Positions 27,613 to 32,000 of a stretch of DNA of 32,000 nucleotides are shown one piece after another (the first letter of the stretch is position 1; every line of letters starts with the position of its first letter). The position numbers and the translations under genes were made by a program. Below the pieces are notes generated by a model. That model made no database searches, had not been told where the DNA came from, and was given only the letters and a program-made list of their open reading frames with translations. Source of the DNA: Cylindrospermopsis raciborskii Cr2010 (GTDB lineage Bacteria > Cyanobacteriota > Cyanobacteriia > Cyanobacteriales > Nostocaceae); contig NZ_CP065936.1 of assembly GCF_003367075.2 (NCBI RefSeq), positions 3,390,001-3,422,000 on the forward strand, given 5' to 3'.

Positions 27613-28235
27613 TGCAAATCAAAAGTAATATGGAACAAGCGGAGATTTTTGTCTTCATTGCTTCCTTTTTCTTGATCGCTCTTGGATTTACAGAATCTAA
27701 CAAACCACAGCAGGAAGCTAAACCTCATGATAAACCACCAATCATTGAACTTTATGAAACTTCCGAGTATAAATTTGATTCCGGTCGTGCTGAATTAAAG
27801 CCAGATTTCAAGAAGTATATTCGCAGGGAACTGAGACCAGAAATTTTGAGAATCACGAAAGAATATCCCATTGATGTAATTGAAGTAATTGGTCATACTG
27901 ATGGACAACCAATTAGTGGTATTAACTCACCAACAGAAAATAACTACAGCAATTTAGATTATAGTTTGGAAAAAGTTAATCTTGGCAAATTACCTGTTGC
28001 TCAATTACGTCCCGGTTCTAATACTGACTTAGGAATTATGAGAGCTTTGGCTGTTGTTCAAGAACTGAAAAAATCCGGAGGAGAAATTGCTAAACTCAAG
28101 TTTAGAACCTACTCCGCAGGACAATTATTATTAGAAAATGGGTTGCCAGCTGACATAGATAAAAGGGGTAATTCCAAAAGAAGAAGAATTGAAATCCGTT
28201 TCACAAAGTTGGGTAAAACTGAAAAAGTTCAGTAA
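27612..28235 (+). CDS. MotB/OmpA-like protein: one N-terminal TM helix plus a periplasmic OmpA-type peptidoglycan-binding domain
   Basis: 207 aa. TM AEIFVFIASFFLIALGF, then FDSGRAELKPDF..., IEVIGHTDGQP, NTDLGIMRALAVVQELK and KRRRIEIRF, which are OmpA_C-like motifs. The GTG at 27612 overlaps the upstream TAG by 1 nt; ATG 27630 is an alternative start. Confidence 0.75.
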   Translation: MQIKSNMEQAEIFVFIASFFLIALGFTESNKPQQEAKPHDKPPIIELYETSEYKFDSGRAELKPDFKKYIRRELRPEILRITKEYPIDVIEVIGHTDGQPISGINSPTENNYSNLDYSLEKVNLGKLPVAQLRPGSNTDLGIMRALAVVQELKKSGGEIAKLKFRTYSAGQLLLENGLPADIDKRGNSKRRRIEIRFTKLGKTEKVQ

Positions 28236-28267
28236 TGAAGGCAAAATCGTTAATGTAGTTAATACAA

Positions 28268-28288
28268 GAGCAGGTTTTAAACCTGCTC
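28268..28288. terminator. Perfect palindrome between the convergent OmpA-like gene and dxs (candidate bidirectional terminator)
   Basis: GAGCAGGTTT-T-AAACCTGCTC, with 10-nt complementary arms. Confidence 0.5.
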
Positions 28289-28294
28289 CTATTT

Positions 28295-30187
28295 CTAAAC
28301 TGGAACTAACTGCTTTTTAAAAAAAGCTTGCAAAATATCATCAGCAATTTGTTGACTAGTTAAACCTAAAGTAACCTTAGACTCCTCCGGAGTAGCATGA
28401 TCAACTAATTCATCGGGTATACCAATTCTCTTCACTGGTACAACCACATTAGCATCCAGCAAAGCTTCAGCTACTGCAGACCCAAAACCACCCATTAAAC
28501 AACCTTCCTCCAAGGTAACGACCCGACCAATTTTTCCAGCTAGGGGTACAATTAAATCTATATCCAAAGGCTTGACAAATCGCGCATTAATCACACTAGC
28601 TTCAATACCATGTTCCCTGAGAATTTGGGCAACTTGCATTCCTGAATTAACCATGGTACCATACCCCACAATTAACAGGTCATCCCCCTGACAGAGAATT
28701 TCTCCCTTGCCAATTTCTAAAGGTTCCCAACCCTCTTCCATTAGGGGAACACCATAACCATTACCTCGGGGAAAACGCATAGCAATAGGTCCACTTGTAT
28801 ATTCCACACCAGTAACCACCATTCTTTGTAGTTCCGCTTCATCCTTGGGGGCCATTAACACCATATTGGGAATACAGCGAAGATAAGCAATATCATACAT
28901 ACCTTGGTGGGTGGGACCATCAGCTCCTACAATACCTGCCCTATCTAAACAGAAAAAGACGGGTAAGTTTTGAATACAGACATCATGGATAATTTGATCG
29001 TAAGCACGTTGTAGAAACGTTGAATAAATAGCTGCTACAGGACGCATACCTTCACAAGCCAAACCAGCAGCTAGAGTAACAGCATGTTGTTCCGCAATGC
29101 CCACATCAATATATTGGTGGGGTAATTTAGCTTGTAGTTTATCTAAACCAGTACCCGTAGCCATTGCAGCTGTAATGCCAACAATTTTCGGGTTTTGTTC
29201 AGCTAGTTTTACCAAGGTATGAGAAAAGACCTTGGAATACGCAGGGGGTTTAGGCTTATTGGAAGGAATTGCTTTACCAGTAGCTAAATTGAAGGGATTT
29301 TGGGCATGATAACCCACCTGGTCTTTTTCAGCTACTTCATATCCCTTACCCTTAATAGTCGCAACATGAACTAAAACTGGACCAGGTATTTGATGTGCTT
29401 GCTGAAAGGTAGTAATCAGCTCTTCTAAATTGTGACCATCTACCGGACCCATGTAAGTAAAGCCCAATTCTTCAAATACTGCACCCAACTTAGACATGGC
29501 TAATCGCTTCATGCCCTCTGTTACACGTTCTAATTCATCACCAACAAAAGGAATATGTTTGAGTTGTTCTTCAATATTATCAGCAATAAACTGTACTGGA
29601 GGACTGAGACGCATTTTATTTAGATAACGAGGTATGGCGCCCACATTAGGAGAGATAGACATTTCATTGTCATTAAGAACCACTAATAAATTAGTCTTAG
29701 GTAGGTGTCCAGCGTGATTAATAGCCTCTAGAGCCATACCTCCTGTTAAAGCACCATCACCAATTACAGCAGCTACCTTGAATTTTTCCCCCTTCATATC
29801 CCTAGCTAAAGCCATACCCAGAGCAGCAGAAATACTGGTGGAAGCGTGTCCCGCACCAAAATGGTCAAATTGACTCTCACAACGCTTGAGATAACCAGCA
29901 ACCCCGTCCTTTTGTCTGAGGGTATGGAAATCATGGTAACGCCCTGTGATTAACTTATGGGGATAAGCTTGGTGTCCCACATCCCAAATTACCTTATCTC
30001 GATCTAAATCTAGTGTCTGGTAGAGTCCCAAAGTTAACTCCACAACTCCTAACCCGGGACCCAGGTGTCCACCACTTGCAGCTACAGTTTGTAAGTGTTT
30101 ATCCCTAATTTGTTTAGCTATTTCCTGTAGTTGGCGAATAGATAACCCGTGTAACTGGTTTGGATGGGTGATTTCACTCAGAAGCAT
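28295..30187 (-). CDS. dxs: 1-deoxy-D-xylulose-5-phosphate synthase
   Basis: 630 aa. Contains [14 protein letters not shown], the GDG...NDN TPP-binding motif ([19 protein letters not shown]...[10 protein letters not shown]) and [15 protein letters not shown]. Confidence 0.97.
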   Translation of the reverse strand: MLLSEITHPNQLHGLSIRQLQEIAKQIRDKHLQTVAASGGHLGPGLGVVELTLGLYQTLDLDRDKVIWDVGHQAYPHKLITGRYHDFHTLRQKDGVAGYLKRCESQFDHFGAGHASTSISAALGMALARDMKGEKFKVAAVIGDGALTGGMALEAINHAGHLPKTNLLVVLNDNEMSISPNVGAIPRYLNKMRLSPPVQFIADNIEEQLKHIPFVGDELERVTEGMKRLAMSKLGAVFEELGFTYMGPVDGHNLEELITTFQQAHQIPGPVLVHVATIKGKGYEVAEKDQVGYHAQNPFNLATGKAIPSNKPKPPAYSKVFSHTLVKLAEQNPKIVGITAAMATGTGLDKLQAKLPHQYIDVGIAEQHAVTLAAGLACEGMRPVAAIYSTFLQRAYDQIIHDVCIQNLPVFFCLDRAGIVGADGPTHQGMYDIAYLRCIPNMVLMAPKDEAELQRMVVTGVEYTSGPIAMRFPRGNGYGVPLMEEGWEPLEIGKGEILCQGDDLLIVGYGTMVNSGMQVAQILREHGIEASVINARFVKPLDIDLIVPLAGKIGRVVTLEEGCLMGGFGSAVAEALLDANVVVPVKRIGIPDELVDHATPEESKVTLGLTSQQIADDILQAFFKKQLVPV

Positions 30188-30393
30188 ATTATAAGCTTTC
30201 CCTCTCTACATTATTGGCATTAATTGATTTTCCTACTTGATGTAGGCACAAAAACGCTGTCTTATAACTATAACTTTGGTTAGCTATCAACGGAGGGGGT
30301 AAATGGAGGTTGATAAATAAAATGACCATATTTTGTAGTATATTCGGTTTGTGAGAGCATTTTTGATGTGGTGAAATTTTTGGGAGTTTAGCA

Positions 30394-31104
30394 ATGTCCG
30401 TATCAGCAGACCCAGTTAAGTTGATGAAGCAAGAAGTCGGTAAAGCCGCCGCATCCCTGGTAAAATCGGGTTCTATTGTCGGTTTAGGTACGGGATCAAC
30501 TACTGCTTACACTATTCAGTTTTTGGGCGATCGCCTGAAATCCGGTGAGCTTAAGGATATTGTTGGTATACCCACTTCCTTCCAGTCGGAAGTTTTGGCA
30601 AAACACTATGGAGTTCCTCTTACTACTTTAGACGCTGTTGACCATATTGACATCGCTATTGATGGTGCTGATGAGGTTGATCCTAATAAAAACTTAATTA
30701 AGGGTGGTGGTGCAGCACACACTCGGGAAAAGGTAGTAGACTATTTAGCAAGTCAATTTATTGTTGTGGTTGATAGTGGTAAGTTAGTGGACCATTTGGG
30801 TTCTACCTTTGCTGTGCCCGTGGAAGTGATACCTATGGCTATCACCCCTGTAATCAACGCTATTAAGAAACTGGGGGGAAATCCGGAATTACGCATGGGT
30901 GTGAAAAAGGCTGGTCCTGTGATTACAGATCAAGGTAATATGGTAGTTGATGTCAGATTTGACTCCATTGAAGATCCAGTGAATTTGGAAAAAACCCTGA
31001 ATAATATCCCTGGTGTTCTGGAAAATGGCATCTTTGTCAACTGTGTGGATTTGGTATTAATTGGCGAAGTAATTGATGGTAAGCCCTCTGTCCGACAAAT
31101 GTAG
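30394..31104 (+). CDS. rpiA: Ribose-5-phosphate isomerase A
   Basis: 236 aa. Contains [27 protein letters not shown] and ENGIF. Confidence 0.95.
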   Translation: MSVSADPVKLMKQEVGKAAASLVKSGSIVGLGTGSTTAYTIQFLGDRLKSGELKDIVGIPTSFQSEVLAKHYGVPLTTLDAVDHIDIAIDGADEVDPNKNLIKGGGAAHTREKVVDYLASQFIVVVDSGKLVDHLGSTFAVPVEVIPMAITPVINAIKKLGGNPELRMGVKKAGPVITDQGNMVVDVRFDSIEDPVNLEKTLNNIPGVLENGIFVNCVDLVLIGEVIDGKPSVRQM

Positions 31105-31151
31105 GTGGGGGTTGGGAAATGGGGAAATTAACCAATTTAGGAGAGTAAATA

Positions 31152-31586
31152 ATGACATTATCCCTTTATGATCAGGATATTTTACTCTGGGTTGAGGATA
31201 CGGTTGCTAAACTCAAAGCTGGGAATTTTCACGACTTAGACATTGTCAATCTAATTCAGGAAGTAGAAGCTTTGGGAAGTTCACAAAAAAGAGAATTATT
31301 AAGTCGTTTAATTGTCTTAATAGAGCACCTGCTTAAACGACTATATGTTAACTCTCCCTATGATTATCATGGTTGGGAGCGAACAATTAGAACTCAAAGA
31401 ACAGAGTTAGATATATTAATTAGTCAAGTACCAAGTCTTAAGTCCTTATGGAATGAGACCTTTCAGGAAGCTTGGCGACGTGCCCTGAAAAATGTAACCA
31501 ATGAGTATAAATCCGTCAATTTTCCCAGCCAATGGAATTATTCATGGGACTTAGCAACATTTCTAAACTCTAATTTCTGGGAGTAA
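31152..31586 (+). CDS. DUF29 family protein
   Basis: 144 aa. LYDQDILLWVEDTVAKLKAGNFHDLDIVNLIQEVEALGSSQKRELLSRLIVLIEHLLK is the typical N-terminus of the cyanobacterial DUF29 family. Confidence 0.8.
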   Translation: MTLSLYDQDILLWVEDTVAKLKAGNFHDLDIVNLIQEVEALGSSQKRELLSRLIVLIEHLLKRLYVNSPYDYHGWERTIRTQRTELDILISQVPSLKSLWNETFQEAWRRALKNVTNEYKSVNFPSQWNYSWDLATFLNSNFWE

Positions 31587-31622
31587 ATTTAGGAAATAGT
31601 TTCAGTTTATAAATCTCAACTT

Positions 31623-32000
31623 ATGCTATATAGAAGATTCGGTCGCACTAACTTACAAATGCCTGTATTTTCCTGCGGGGGAATGCGTTATCAGTTTAAT
31701 TGGCAAGATGTTCCTCTCCAGGAAATACCTGTGGATAGTCAACAGAATCTAGCCAATATTATTCATCGAGCTGTTGATTTGGGCATCAATCACCTAGAAA
31801 CTGCCCGATTTTATGGCACTTCTGAAATGCAATTGGGGCAAGTTTTACCCAATTTGGACAGAGAAAAGTTAATAGTCCAAACCAAAGTAACTCCCTGTTC
31901 CGATCCCCAAGAATTTCGCCAAATCTTTGACAAATCCCTGGCCTATCTAGAGTTAGACTATGTTGATTTATTGGGGTTGCATGGAATCAACAACCAAGAA
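31623..32000 (+). CDS. Aldo/keto reductase, N-terminal 126 codons; runs off the right edge
   Basis: Own translation from ATG 31623: MLYRRFGRTNLQMPVFSCGGMRYQ...AVDLGINHLETARFYGTSEMQLGQVL...LELDYVDLLGLHGIN. The AKR pattern is D-x-A-x-x-YG and YxDLxxxH. Not in the ORF track because it is edge-truncated. Confidence 0.8.
   Translation, partial: MLYRRFGRTNLQMPVFSCGGMRYQFNWQDVPLQEIPVDSQQNLANIIHRAVDLGINHLETARFYGTSEMQLGQVLPNLDREKLIVQTKVTPCSDPQEFRQIFDKSLAYLELDYVDLLGLHGINNQE

Overview
AT-rich chromosomal window from a cyanobacterium. HIP1 octamers (GCGATCGC), DUF29 and Uma2 genes and the overall gene content suggest a filamentous, Nostocales-like organism. Most of the window is housekeeping: hemC (partial), hemB, a COG0523 GTPase, purE, nagA, a CruA/CruP-like flavoprotein, a desaturase-SDR fusion, ispG, rsmG, an ABC ATPase, secA, rpmB, era, dxs, rpiA and a partial aldo/keto reductase. 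Two accessory segments interrupt it. Segment 1 (about 7.2-14.6 kb) is a 5.3-kb tandem segmental array of Uma2-family (DUF820, PD-(D/E)xK) endonuclease paralogues: three intact copies and one 5'-deleted copy. Each copy is preceded by a composite multi-hairpin repeat block and carries an in-frame 42/63-nt tandem repeat tract of different length. This array is followed by a fragment of a second Uma2 clade, an NrdG-like radical-SAM activase with no glycyl-radical partner in the window, and a decayed IS200/IS605 element (intact tnpA, truncated tnpB). Segment 2 (about 23.7-28.3 kb, between era and dxs) is the best candidate for an undescribed system. It holds a 423-aa protein with a C-terminal J domain, then decayed mobile-element debris. 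A tightly packed three-gene operon follows: a cytoplasmic vWA/MIDAS protein, a 4-TM MotA/ExbB-like protein with a long repeat-built coiled-coil tail, and a start/stop-overlapping MotB/OmpA-like peptidoglycan-binding protein. This resembles a ZorA/ZorB stator module, but the partner gene is not a known Zorya component. Also notable is a near-consensus Fur-family (Zur-type) palindrome immediately upstream of an Asp-type (non-cysteine) hemB followed by a His-rich COG0523 GTPase. I saw no rRNA, tRNA or CRISPR arrays. All homology calls are from reading the translations, since no database search was possible.
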